This document shows, piece by piece, positions 30,712-40,096 of a DNA stretch of 64,000 nucleotides. The DNA comes from an uncultured Fretibacterium sp. (GTDB lineage: Bacteria; Synergistota; Synergistia; Synergistales; Aminobacteriaceae), in NCBI RefSeq assembly GCF_938030725.1, contig NZ_CALHIQ010000013.1, positions 6,461 through 70,460 of the forward strand, in the 5' to 3' direction. The notes beneath the pieces are model-generated. The model had not been told where the DNA came from. It searched no databases and saw only the letters and a program-made list of their open reading frames with translations. The stretch's first letter is position 1; every line of letters begins with the position of its first letter. The translations under genes were made by a program, and so were the position numbers.

Positions 30712-31554
30712 GTGGCCCGAACGGTCTGGTATCCGGGCCACATGGCCCGGGGCGGTCGGAAGCTCGCCGAAATTGTCGAAAAGCTGGACCTTATCCTTGA
30801 GGTGCGCGACGCCCGTGCACCTTTTTCCACGTCCGCACCCATCGTCAGCACCTTTTCGCGCCTGAGGCCCGTCCTGCTGGTCCTCGCCAAACGGGACCTG
30901 GCGGACCCGGAACGCACGGGCGTCTGGCTCGAAGCGCTGGGGCCGGACGCCCGTGCGCTGGACCTCCGAAGGAAGGAGGGCCTCGCCTCCCTGCGGAAGG
31001 CCCTCTCCGCGCGCCGTCCCCCACACCGTGAGCTCCGCGTGGCCGTCATGGGCATTCCCAACGTGGGCAAGTCCATGTTGCTCAACGCGCTGGTGGGCAA
31101 GGCTCAGGCCCACGTCGGCGGCATCCCCGGAGTGACGCGGTCCGTCAGCTGGTATCGGAATGGGGACCTGCTGGTGGTGGACTCTCCCGGCATTCTGGAC
31201 CCCCACGCGGAGCCGGGCGTGCATCAGGTCCTGTCCTGGCTGGGCTGCGCCCGGGCCGAGGTCCTGGGAGGCTTCGAGGCGGCGGCGCTGCAGTTCGTCC
31301 GCTTCCTGCGGAGCCGAGGGCTGTTCGAGGTCGTGCTGGGAAAGTGGGAGGTTCGGGAGCTGGACGTGGACGAAACGCCGGAGGAAACTCTCGCGCGCAT
31401 TGGACGCCGGCTGGGGTGCCTCGCGCCCGGCGGATCGGTCAATATGGAGTTGGCGGCCCGTCGCCTCATGGAGGCCTTCTCCTCCGGCAGGCTGGGGCCG
31501 GCGACGCTTGAGCTGCCCGGCGACCCCATTGGCCTTTCGGGAACGGATGATTGA
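30712..31554 (+). CDS. rbgA: Ribosome biogenesis GTPase YlqF/RbgA
   Basis: WYPGHM, EVRDARAP, GIPNVGKS, PGVTR, DSPG. Confidence 0.9.
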   Translation: MARTVWYPGHMARGGRKLAEIVEKLDLILEVRDARAPFSTSAPIVSTFSRLRPVLLVLAKRDLADPERTGVWLEALGPDARALDLRRKEGLASLRKALSARRPPHRELRVAVMGIPNVGKSMLLNALVGKAQAHVGGIPGVTRSVSWYRNGDLLVVDSPGILDPHAEPGVHQVLSWLGCARAEVLGGFEAAALQFVRFLRSRGLFEVVLGKWEVRELDVDETPEETLARIGRRLGCLAPGGSVNMELAARRLMEAFSSGRLGPATLELPGDPIGLSGTDD

Positions 31555-32227
31555 CCTCGCCTTGCCCCGTCACGCCGACCGGGAGCAGGTGCGCCGCCTG
31601 ATCGGAGCGCTTCGGGCACGCGGCCCGGTGGTGGGCACGGACGAGGTGGGGCGCGGCCCACTGGCGGGGCCGGTGGTGGCCGCCGCCGTCCTCCTGACGG
31701 AGGAGCAGGAGCTGGCCCTCCTGAAGCTGGGGCTGAGGGATTCAAAGCGCATGGCCCCACGCGCCAGGGAGCGGGTCTTCGCCGCCATGCAGGCGATGGG
31801 CGCGGCCTGGGCGGCTCAGGCGGGGAGCGTGGCCCGCATCGAGCGGGAGAACATCCGGTGTACCTCCCTCTGGGCCATGGGCCGCAGCGTGGCCCGCCTA
31901 TGCGCGGCGAAGGGCTTCGAGCCGGTCTGCGTCGTGGTGGACGGCCCGGCCTTCGTCCCCGGCCTCGAGGCGGAGCAGTGGCCCCTGGTGACGGCGGACG
32001 CGCTGGCGCCGGTAGTTTCGGCGGCCTCGGTGGCAGCCAAGGTGCTGCGGGACCGCGTCATGACGAGGCTGGACGCCCTCTACCCCGGCTACGGGCTGGC
32101 GCAGCACAAGGGCTATCCCACGGCGGCGCACCGCGAGGCCGTCCGCCGCCTGGGGCCGTCGCCGGTGCATCGGCGCTCCTTCTGCCGGAAGTGCCTCCCG
32201 GAGCCGGAGGCGCGGCTGTGGGTATAA
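31547..32227 (+). CDS. rnhB: Ribonuclease HII
   Basis: GTDEVGRGPLAGPV, DSK, AAS..AKV.RD, HKGY.T, HR.SF. Confidence 0.92.
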   Translation: MIDLALPRHADREQVRRLIGALRARGPVVGTDEVGRGPLAGPVVAAAVLLTEEQELALLKLGLRDSKRMAPRARERVFAAMQAMGAAWAAQAGSVARIERENIRCTSLWAMGRSVARLCAAKGFEPVCVVVDGPAFVPGLEAEQWPLVTADALAPVVSAASVAAKVLRDRVMTRLDALYPGYGLAQHKGYPTAAHREAVRRLGPSPVHRRSFCRKCLPEPEARLWV

Positions 32228-32251
32228 AATTGAGCCCTTTTAAGCCGAGAG
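32225..32251 (+). promoter_or_regulatory. Putative sigma28 (FliA/SigD) promoter
   Basis: TAAA-N15-GCCGAGAG upstream of the FliK-like/FlhB-like pair. Confidence 0.45.
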
Positions 32252-32431
32252 TGCCGCTGTGTTGGCCTGTACCCTTGTTTGGCGAACAGCCAAAGGGGGC
32301 ATGCTAGGGAGAGGAAGGCTCTGGTCAGGGGCGCACGCCCTTGGTAAGACCGCCCTCAGAGAAGCAGGAGATCAGCGCTAAAGATATCGATGAGTGGATT
32401 CAGGTAGGTCTGACGGAGCGGAGGAAACCGT

Positions 32432-33526
32432 ATGCCCCCGGTAAACAACCTCATCAACCAGAACCTGACGGACCCGAGCCGGACGAGCGCGGGTCAGATC
32501 GCGGTTGGACAACAGGCCGAAGCCCTTCAGGGGACGCCGCCTCGGGCCCCTGGCCTTCGCACGGGGACCGTGGTCACCGGCAGGGTGCTGGCGGGGAACT
32601 CGGACGGGACGTATGTCGTGCGGATCGACGGCCAGGGCGCCAACCCGCCCCTTGAACTGCGCGCCAGGGCGACCCTGACCCTCGTCCCCGGCGAGCGGTT
32701 CACCGCCCTGTGGGACGCATCGGGGGGCGGCGTGCCGGTGTTGCGCCTCTCGAAGGAGGAACTGTCGTTCCTGGCCCAGGTCCCCCAACGGGACCGGGGG
32801 CTGGCGACGGCGCTCCTTTCACGGGAGATGCCCCTTTCGGGGGAGGTCCTGGCCGTCATCCGCGACGCCTGGCGCCGCATGGGGTCCGACGAGGGACAGA
32901 TCGCGCCCCTCGTCGAGCTGTGGGCGCGGGGAGCGGTGCTGTCCGCGGAGAACGTGTCCCTGCTGGCGGGCTACACGGCGCTGGACGGGGCGGCGGCCTC
33001 GGAGATGTGGAACCGCATCCGTCGGGAGCTGAAGGAGCGAACCAAGAAGGGGCAGGACCCTTTAGAAGCCCTCCGCGAGATGAAGGAGGGCAACGGGGAG
33101 AAGGCGCGTTTTTTGCAGGCGCATTCCCTCTTGATGCGGCTCCCACGAAAGGACGTGAACCCCATGCTGCTGGCCGCGCCCTTCTGGCCCCTGCCGGAGG
33201 CCACGGGCGGCATGACCGCGCGCGTCTTCGTCGGGCGCTCGGCGGAGGAGGATGGGCAGCGCTACTGGCAGGCGGGCTTCGGCCTGACGGGGTCGGCCCT
33301 CGGCGCGGTGGCGGGCGTTGCGGAAACGGATGGGCGCGGCTGCAACGTCCTCCTGACCGCCGAGAGCGCGGCGGCCTGCGGCCTGTTGGAGGCCCGCAGG
33401 GGCGAGCTGCGACAGGAGCTGGCGGGCGCAGCCCTGGCAGTACGATTCATCGGCATCTCCCGTGGCGCGCCGCAGGAGCTGCGGGAGCGCCTGCTGGCCG
33501 GACGGGGATTGGACGTGACCGTGTGA
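32432..33526 (+). CDS. YlqG/FliK-C-like hypothetical protein
   Basis: Lies between rnhB and the FlhB-domain gene; C-terminal GLDVTV ending; weak motif evidence. Confidence 0.5.
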   Translation: MPPVNNLINQNLTDPSRTSAGQIAVGQQAEALQGTPPRAPGLRTGTVVTGRVLAGNSDGTYVVRIDGQGANPPLELRARATLTLVPGERFTALWDASGGGVPVLRLSKEELSFLAQVPQRDRGLATALLSREMPLSGEVLAVIRDAWRRMGSDEGQIAPLVELWARGAVLSAENVSLLAGYTALDGAAASEMWNRIRRELKERTKKGQDPLEALREMKEGNGEKARFLQAHSLLMRLPRKDVNPMLLAAPFWPLPEATGGMTARVFVGRSAEEDGQRYWQAGFGLTGSALGAVAGVAETDGRGCNVLLTAESAAACGLLEARRGELRQELAGAALAVRFIGISRGAPQELRERLLAGRGLDVTV

Positions 33527-33813
33527 TGGCGGAAGCGAAGCGGGATCAGGCCGTCGCGCTGAAATACGATCGGGAAACGATGAACGCGCCCACGGTGACG
33601 GCCAGGGGCGAGGGCTTCATTGCGCGGAAGATCGTGGAGCGTGCCCTTGAGGCGGACGTCCCCGTCCTGGAGGACGCGGCCCTCGTTTCCGCGCTCCTGT
33701 CGCTGGAGCTGGGGGAGGAGATTCCGGCGGAGCTCTACACGGTGGTGGCGCGAGTGCTGACCTGGGTCTACCGGGTGGACCGCGAGGCCGCCGGCGGAGG
33801 GCGCGATGAGTAG
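33526..33813 (+). CDS. Stand-alone FlhB C-terminal / EscU-YscU-HrcU family protein (YlqH-like)
   Basis: AVALKYD...AP.V.A.G.G..A..I...A....VP, EEIP.ELY..VA.VL. Confidence 0.88.
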   Translation: MAEAKRDQAVALKYDRETMNAPTVTARGEGFIARKIVERALEADVPVLEDAALVSALLSLELGEEIPAELYTVVARVLTWVYRVDREAAGGGRDE

Positions 33814-34189
33814 CGCCGGGGACCTGGGCCGCCTGGCCGAGGGGTGGGCCGCGGACTACGTTCGCTCCCTGGGCTGGCGCGTGCTGGGCCGCAACGTGAC
33901 GAACCACTGCGGCGAGCTGGACGTGGTGGCGCTGGACGAGGCGGAGCGCGAGCTGGTGATCGTCGAGGTGCGGTGCCGCACGCTGGGCAAGGTGCAGGCA
34001 CCCCTCGACTCCGTGGGGCCGCGAAAGCTGCATGCGCTGATCCGCGCGGGCCGGACCCTGGCGGACGAGATGGGCTGGGACGGCCCCTGGCGCATCGACC
34101 TGATTGGCGTCACGGCGGGTCGGGGCTCCGAGGGCTGGAAGCTGGAGCACGTCCGGGACGTGACGCGCGGGATGGAGTTTTCGTCGTGA
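33806..34189 (+). CDS. yraN: YraN-family endonuclease-like protein
   Basis: G..AE..A..Y, RN....GELDVV, VEVR.R, RID. Confidence 0.88.
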   Translation: MSSAGDLGRLAEGWAADYVRSLGWRVLGRNVTNHCGELDVVALDEAERELVIVEVRCRTLGKVQAPLDSVGPRKLHALIRAGRTLADEMGWDGPWRIDLIGVTAGRGSEGWKLEHVRDVTRGMEFSS

Positions 34190-35691
34190 GCGGGATCCTG
34201 GGTGCGACGCTGAAGGGGATGGAGGCCCTGCCCGTCGAGGTGGAGGTCGAGATCACGGGCGGGCTGTTCGCCATCTCCATCGTCGGGATGCCGGACGTCG
34301 CGGTGCGGGAGTCGAAGGAACGGGTGCGGGCCGCGCTGCGGTCCCTGGGGCTGAGGCTGAAGGGGCGCATTTCCGTGAACCTCGCGCCGGCGGACGTCCC
34401 GAAGGAGGGGGCGCTCCTGGACCTGCCCATCGCCCTCGGCATGATGACCGCTTCGGGCCTCCTGGGGGACCTGCCGCGGGCCGTCTACATGGGGGAGCTG
34501 GCGCTGGACGGCCGCCTCCGGCGGGTGCGGGGGGCCGTACCAGCGGCATTCCTGGCGCGGAGCCTCGGCGTGCCCATCTACGTCCCGCGCGAGAACGCCG
34601 GCGAGGTGGCGCTGGTGCGGGGCGTGAAGGCCTTCTGCGCGGAAACGCTGGCGGAGCTGACGGCCTGCCTGCGGGGCGAAGCGGAGCCGTCGCCCGTGCC
34701 TGGGGCGGAGGTCCCGGACCTGCCGGAGACGGCGGACCCGGACTTCGCCGACATCAAGGGGCAGGCGGCGGCGCGGCGCGCGGCGGAGATCGCGGCGGCG
34801 GGGCACCACAACCTCCTCCTGGTGGGGTCGCCGGGCAGCGGCAAGACGCTGATCGCACGGGCCCTGGCAGGCATCCTGCCCCCGCTGACGGACGAGGAGC
34901 TGGTGGAAACGCTCCTGGTGCGCAGCACCCTCGGCATCTCCGAGGCGCCGGGGCGGGCGCGGCCCTTCCGTACGGTACACTTCAGCGCCAGCACGGTTTC
35001 CATCTGCGGGGGCGGCGCTTCCCTGAGGCCGGGCGAGGTGTCCCTGGCCCATCGGGGTGTCCTGTTCCTGGACGAGTACACGGAGTTTCGGCGGGACCTG
35101 ACGGAGAGCCTGCGGGCGCCCATCGAGGACGGCCGGATCGTCGTGAGCCGGGCGGCCGGCACGGTGAGCTACCCCTCGCGGGTGTTGCTGGTGCTGGCGG
35201 CCAACCCCTGCGCCTGCGGCTTTGCCGGGGACCCCGTCGTCAAGTGTACCTGTTCTGCCCTGGAGCTGGAGCGCTACCGGCGCAAGCTGTCGGGGCCCAT
35301 CCTGGATCGCATCGACCTGCAGATCGCTGTGCCGCGCCTGACGCCGGAGGAGCTGCTCTCCTTCTCCGGGACGTCGGAGCCCAGCGCCGCGATCCGGCGG
35401 CGCGTCATCGCAGCGCGGGCCGTTCAACAGGAACGCTGGGCGCCCTACGGCCTCGTCTGCAACGCGGAGCTGCCTGAGCGGCTGGTGCGTCGCTGCCTCG
35501 TCCTGTCGGAGGACGCACGGGCCTACCTGTCCGGCATGGCGGAGCGCCTGCACCTGTCGGGCCGTGGCCTGAGCCGCGTGCTGAAGGTGGCCCGCACCAT
35601 CGCGGACCTGGCGGGAGAGTCGGAGCTGACGACGAAGCACCTGGCAGAGGCGCTGATGTACCGTTGCGGCTCCGGGAGCCGCGGAGGATAA
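34186..35691 (+). CDS. comM: YifB/ComM Mg-chelatase-like AAA ATPase
   Basis: VNLAPAD..KEG, GEL.LDG, G.PGSGKT, PGEVSLAH.GVLFLDE, SGPILDRID, ARTIADL. Confidence 0.9.
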   Translation: MSGILGATLKGMEALPVEVEVEITGGLFAISIVGMPDVAVRESKERVRAALRSLGLRLKGRISVNLAPADVPKEGALLDLPIALGMMTASGLLGDLPRAVYMGELALDGRLRRVRGAVPAAFLARSLGVPIYVPRENAGEVALVRGVKAFCAETLAELTACLRGEAEPSPVPGAEVPDLPETADPDFADIKGQAAARRAAEIAAAGHHNLLLVGSPGSGKTLIARALAGILPPLTDEELVETLLVRSTLGISEAPGRARPFRTVHFSASTVSICGGGASLRPGEVSLAHRGVLFLDEYTEFRRDLTESLRAPIEDGRIVVSRAAGTVSYPSRVLLVLAANPCACGFAGDPVVKCTCSALELERYRRKLSGPILDRIDLQIAVPRLTPEELLSFSGTSEPSAAIRRRVIAARAVQQERWAPYGLVCNAELPERLVRRCLVLSEDARAYLSGMAERLHLSGRGLSRVLKVARTIADLAGESELTTKHLAEALMYRCGSGSRGG

Positions 35692-35723
35692 GGGCGGATA
35701 GAGAGGTCCCTACCTGTCCAAGC

Positions 35724-35752
35724 TTGCCAGAAGTTTTTCCCTGAGGTATAAT
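35724..35752 (+). promoter_or_regulatory. sigma70 promoter of the tRNA
   Basis: TTGCCA-17 bp-TATAAT. Confidence 0.75.
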
Positions 35753-35798
35753 ACACGGGCAGTCCGGGGGCGTTCGTTCCTCGTCTGCGGCACGACAG

Positions 35799-35874
35799 GC
35801 GGACATAGCTCAGTTGGTAGAGCATCAGCTTCCCAAGCTGAGGGTCGCGGGTTCGAACCCCGTTGTCCGCTCCA
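35799..35874 (+). tRNA. tRNA-Gly (anticodon CCC); prophage integration site
   Basis: 76 nt cloverleaf: GCGGACA/TGTCCGC acceptor stem, D-loop AGTTGGTA, anticodon loop TTCCCAA, GGTTCGAA T-loop, encoded CCA. Confidence 0.97.
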
Positions 35875-35905
35875 GCAGATCATCCGGCTCAGTCCGGTTA
35901 CACTT

Positions 35906-35933
35906 AAAACCCCGCTCAAAAGCGGGGTTTTTG
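35906..35933 (+). terminator. Intrinsic terminator after the tRNA
   Basis: AAAACCCCGCT-caaa-AGCGGGGTTTTT. Confidence 0.8.
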
Positions 35934-36065
35934 CGTTTTGACAGTCCGCCACTATCCGGTTAATATTGTCTATATCCGGCACATAACCGTACCTATTCCC
36001 GTACCACTCTTCGCGAGAGGACACGGAGAAGCGCTTCTGTGGTACGGTCGCGCTGAAGACAGGAG

Positions 36066-37256
36066 ATGACTGGATTGGCGCTCACGGAAACTGCCATCAA
36101 GGCGGCAAAGCCGAAGGATAAACCCTACATGCTGCGGGACGACCGCGGGCTATGGCTGCTTATTGTCCCAGGCGGCGGGAAGTATTGGCGGTTGCGGTAT
36201 TGGGTTGAGGGGAAAGAGAAGAAGGTATCCCTGGGGACCTACCCCTCCGTCACCATCAGGGAGGCGCGAGGACGGCGCGATGCGCTCCACAAATCGCGGG
36301 CCGAGGGAGTTGACCCTGCCGAGGCGATGAGGGGCAGGAGGAGCCCTTCTGAATCGACCTTCGGGCACATGGCGCGGGAGTGGCTGGACAAGCAAATCCG
36401 GGGGGTCTGTACGCCGAGGTACGCCCGTAACGTATTAAGCCGATTGGAGCGTTTAATCTTCCCGGTTCTCGGAGAGCGAGATATCCGCGAGATAACGGCC
36501 CCCGATCTGCTGCGTGTCTTTCGGGATATTGAAGACCAGGATAAGGTCTATTCGGCCCATCAGGTCTCCAGTTATTGCGGCCGAATCTTTCGGTACGCCG
36601 TCGCCACCGGGAGGGCGGAGCGCGACCCTACCGCCGACCTGCGCGGAGCATTGCAACCCTACAAGGTGGAGCACCGCGCGGCCCTGATCGATCCCGGCAA
36701 GATCGTCCAGCTGGTGCGGGCCATGAACGACTTTGACGGGACGCCTGTGGTACGGGCGGCTCTCTGGTTCTCCGCCTACACCTTCGCCCGTCCGGGCGAG
36801 ATTCGCAAGGCGGAATGGACGGAGATCGATCTGGAGGTGGCTGAGTGGCGGATCCCCGCCGAGAAGATGAAGATGCGCAGGCCGCATATCGTGCCCCTGG
36901 CGAGGCAGGCGGTGCGGCTGCTGTCGGACCTGCGCGGACTGACCGGGCGTGGCGTCTACGTCTTCCCCAGCCTGCGGTCTGCGAAGGGGACTGTCCCCAT
37001 GAGCGAGAACACGGTACTGTACGCTCTGCGGCGGATGGGGTTTGACGCCACCGAGATGACGGCACACGGGTTCCGGGGGATGGCCAGCACGCGGCTGAAC
37101 GAGATGGGCTGGGCACCGGACGTGATCGAGCGCCAGCTGGCGCACCTGGACGCGAATAAAGTTCGCGCCGCTTACAACCATGCGGAGTATCTGGCTGAGC
37201 GGCGCGAGATGATGCAGGCCTGGGCGGATTGGCTGGAGGGGCTAACTCAGGAGTAA
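36066..37256 (+). CDS. P4-like tyrosine integrase
   Basis: Arm-binding N terminus (LT...IK.AKP, D..GL.L, LG.YP), catalytic R(ARPGE), K, HGFR, LAH, AYN. Confidence 0.95.
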   Translation: MTGLALTETAIKAAKPKDKPYMLRDDRGLWLLIVPGGGKYWRLRYWVEGKEKKVSLGTYPSVTIREARGRRDALHKSRAEGVDPAEAMRGRRSPSESTFGHMAREWLDKQIRGVCTPRYARNVLSRLERLIFPVLGERDIREITAPDLLRVFRDIEDQDKVYSAHQVSSYCGRIFRYAVATGRAERDPTADLRGALQPYKVEHRAALIDPGKIVQLVRAMNDFDGTPVVRAALWFSAYTFARPGEIRKAEWTEIDLEVAEWRIPAEKMKMRRPHIVPLARQAVRLLSDLRGLTGRGVYVFPSLRSAKGTVPMSENTVLYALRRMGFDATEMTAHGFRGMASTRLNEMGWAPDVIERQLAHLDANKVRAAYNHAEYLAERREMMQAWADWLEGLTQE

Positions 37257-37456
37257 ACGGCTCTTTGTTGATGTTGGCTACACGCTGCAGGGGCCGCCGA
37301 GGGTAGCCAGCCAGCACCGATAGAGCGAGGCGTTGGAGCTTGGGGCGGGCCCTTTATTGTTCCCAAGGCGGGATTATGGCGTGACCGGAGGGGGGGCTCA
37401 AAGATAAGAGAAAGCTGGTGTTCTACATGGCCTTCTGTGCCAACCCTTTCCCCAGT

Positions 37457-39103
37457 TTAGTTTAATAAGCCCTGTAAATTCTGTCCCAGGCGCACTGCCA
37501 AAATGGCGCGACGTTCTTCCAGGAATTGATCGTAAGAGTCCATCGTCCAAATATTGGCATTTGAAGGGATGCCATGCAATCTCAAATAATCATCATTGCA
37601 TTGTGCAAGGTACCTCTCAGGGAGCGAGTCCCCCTTTGTCAAATTATCTTGTGGGTCCAAAAGCTCGCAGTTCAAAATGCGGTCGCGGGCATCCTGGTGG
37701 TACTTCAATCTGCCGTTCTCCCTGATTCTCTTCAACTTACTGTCAGGGAAAATATGATCTTTGGCAGTCATCTTGTCTGGATTATAGCCAGCTTCTCCCA
37801 TGTAAAACAAATGAAGCACTAGGTCCGCCAAGGGGGCTTTCATGCTGATATCCAAAATAGCATCAATACTTACTGACAGTTCCTTGCCGTTCTCTCGACA
37901 AAGCCTTTCAATCTCCCTGATATCAAAAGCGGAATTGTGAATGGCATAGCCAATAAGCACTCGCATAAAAGCCTGGCTGGGTTTCTTGAATGCTTCCGAA
38001 AGAAAGGCCCCAAAAAGAAATGTCCTTGCTTGAGCCTTGATATTCTCCCATTCGCCCGGATGCGCGTACCGATAGCAAATCAGAATGAGGACTGGATTGA
38101 ATGACGGCACGTTTTTGCTTCGGATGAAGCTGAAATCGGCGATAAAACGCAGAACATCGCAAATAGCAGACCCAATCTCCTTAAACCCCTTTTTTAGGGC
38201 TTCCTGGATTTTGGAACTGGCGAATTGTCTTGCATCGTTTTTCCCTCCGCCGGGCTCCCCGCTCAGCATGGCAAGGCAGGCACGTAAAATAAAGTCCTTG
38301 GGCTTTTTATATCCCATCGCGAGGACAGTTTCGTTAAGACGGTTGAACTCCCCTCTTGCATCTGCCCATTGCCCCTTGATCAAGGCCATCAGCAGGTCAA
38401 CTTTCTCCAGCACGACCCCCTCGGAATTGGTGCGGACAAAGACCTCGGCGATATCATCCAGCCCTATCCCGTCATCAATGCTCAAGGTTTGCAATGGGAC
38501 ATTGGCGAAGGTTTTGAATACGCTATAAAGCTGCATGGCATTCTGTCCCATGCGAGCTTTTGCCTCTTCATTGAAATGTGAGGGGATTATTCCTTTTTTC
38601 ATAAGTTCTGTGGGGATGGAGCTTGTCATCCTATAGGGGGTATTCAGGAACTCCTTGACATTGAGCCATGTTCCCTTTTGAGGCTTCTCAGGCTTGAAGT
38701 CAAAAATATAACCAAATTCCCCATCAGGATCGCTGGTAAGGTCAAAGAAAAGTACATCCTTGTCATAAGAGCCGTAACGAGCGATATAAAGGCTTTGGAG
38801 ACGTTGTTGCCCATCAAGGATGTAGCGTCGGCTCACACCATCTTCGCCATCACGGATATCCTCATCAAAGTCATAAGCCTTATGGTAGTCCTTTATAAAA
38901 GGGCGGTAGCTGATTTTCTCTTTTGTTTCCCAGGCAAGGAGGGTCCCGATGGGGTAACGCCGCATGAAGGAATCCAGCAGACGGTAGATGCGCTCCTTCT
39001 CCCAGACAAAATCCCGCTGAATGTGAGGAAGAAAAATCCCCCCGTTGTTGTCTTGGTTAATGTTTTTCAGAACGTTCTCTATCGTATCCTGAACGAGCGC
39101 CAT
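37457..39103 (-). CDS. DUF262 + HNH-like (GmrSD-type) putative defence nuclease
   Basis: P.IQR.FVW, LDGQQRL, F.R.N..G..L, C-terminal DHIFP...N..LL...DN..K; visibly AT-richer than flanks. Confidence 0.8.
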   Translation of the reverse strand: MALVQDTIENVLKNINQDNNGGIFLPHIQRDFVWEKERIYRLLDSFMRRYPIGTLLAWETKEKISYRPFIKDYHKAYDFDEDIRDGEDGVSRRYILDGQQRLQSLYIARYGSYDKDVLFFDLTSDPDGEFGYIFDFKPEKPQKGTWLNVKEFLNTPYRMTSSIPTELMKKGIIPSHFNEEAKARMGQNAMQLYSVFKTFANVPLQTLSIDDGIGLDDIAEVFVRTNSEGVVLEKVDLLMALIKGQWADARGEFNRLNETVLAMGYKKPKDFILRACLAMLSGEPGGGKNDARQFASSKIQEALKKGFKEIGSAICDVLRFIADFSFIRSKNVPSFNPVLILICYRYAHPGEWENIKAQARTFLFGAFLSEAFKKPSQAFMRVLIGYAIHNSAFDIREIERLCRENGKELSVSIDAILDISMKAPLADLVLHLFYMGEAGYNPDKMTAKDHIFPDSKLKRIRENGRLKYHQDARDRILNCELLDPQDNLTKGDSLPERYLAQCNDDYLRLHGIPSNANIWTMDSYDQFLEERRAILAVRLGQNLQGLLN

Positions 39104-39129
39104 GATTACCCACCCTTCCTTGTCCTAGC

Positions 39130-39942
39130 TCACCACAACCCCGTCACGCGCTCCGCCTTCGGAAGCCGCAGCAGAACCTTCCCCAAGATGCCGAACTCGA
39201 CGCCTTCATCCGTGAGATCGACGAGGATTTCCTCGTAATCTTTGTTGAGCGCGCGAAGCAGCACCTTGTCATTCCCTTCAAAGAGCACGCCTCGAACCAT
39301 CAGGCGCCCCTCATATTTCACGAGCCCAATGTCTCCGTTGGATAGCTTGACATCTACAAAAAGCACCCAATCGCCGTCGTAGATACGCGGCTCCATGCTG
39401 TTCCCCTCAACGGCAATAACACGAATCCCGTTATCCCCCACCTGCCAGGAATAGCCGTTGACCATGTAAAACGGGACAGGACACTGTCCAATCTCTTCCC
39501 ACACCACATCTTCAGCGTAGGCATTGCCTCTGCCGCAACAGGCTTTTACGTGGGGACCCACCACTGGCACCCAGGCAACAGGTACCTCATGGGCGTTAGA
39601 TTCTGGCAATACATTGCGACTTAAAAGGCTCCCCTTTTTTGACGTGGAAAGATACGCAAACGCTGCTGGCGAAAAAGGGCGCTTATTCCCATCAACTTCA
39701 GGACCATCTCCAAGGATGGTCGTATAACGCTTCGGGTCATCTGTTTCGCCAAGAAGATATGCCGTCGACGTTTTAAGAGCTTGGGCTAGCTTTGATAATG
39801 AAGTCCCCCTTGGCATCAACTCCCCACGTTCCCATCGGGCGACCGTGTTAGAGTGCATGCCGATAGCGCTCGCCAGTTCTTCCTGAGATTGGCTTAGGCC
39901 TTCTCTTAGAAGTTTTATGCGGTCCCCTACCATAAAAGTCAC
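39130..39942 (-). CDS. CI-like repressor (XRE HTH + S24 peptidase-like domain)
   Basis: N-terminal HTH, CG putative cleavage site, V.GNSMEP.I.DGD; divergent from cro. Confidence 0.88.
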   Translation of the reverse strand: MTFMVGDRIKLLREGLSQSQEELASAIGMHSNTVARWERGELMPRGTSLSKLAQALKTSTAYLLGETDDPKRYTTILGDGPEVDGNKRPFSPAAFAYLSTSKKGSLLSRNVLPESNAHEVPVAWVPVVGPHVKACCGRGNAYAEDVVWEEIGQCPVPFYMVNGYSWQVGDNGIRVIAVEGNSMEPRIYDGDWVLFVDVKLSNGDIGLVKYEGRLMVRGVLFEGNDKVLLRALNKDYEEILVDLTDEGVEFGILGKVLLRLPKAERVTGLW

Positions 39943-39958
39943 GCTCCTCCTTAATTAA

Positions 39959-40061
39959 CTATACGAAAAAGGCTAGAAGATGGCAAGAACGTACTCGGAT
40001 AACTTTCTGCTCATTTTCGTATAGATTTGTATTGACATTCCTATACGTATTAGGATAGAAT
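39959..40061. promoter_or_regulatory. cI/cro switch: rightward promoter and operator-like repeats
   Basis: TTGACA(40032)-18 bp-TAGAAT with near-palindrome TCCTATACGTATTAGGA in the spacer; inverted pair CTATACGAAAA (39959) / TTTTCGTATAG (40014). Confidence 0.7.
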
Positions 40062-40096
40062 ACTCGCATGGGATACATCCGGATTGAAAGGTTGGT

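Noticed and set aside
30712..31554. RbgA G4 motif AKRD instead of NKxD
   Set aside because: All other motifs and synteny are intact; probably lineage variation and cannot be evaluated without an alignment
33806..34189. YraN EVR instead of EVK as an inactivating change
   Set aside because: EVR is a normal variant in this family
35710..36024. 104 aa minus-strand ORF over the tRNA
   Set aside because: It is the antisense translation of tRNA-Gly and the att region
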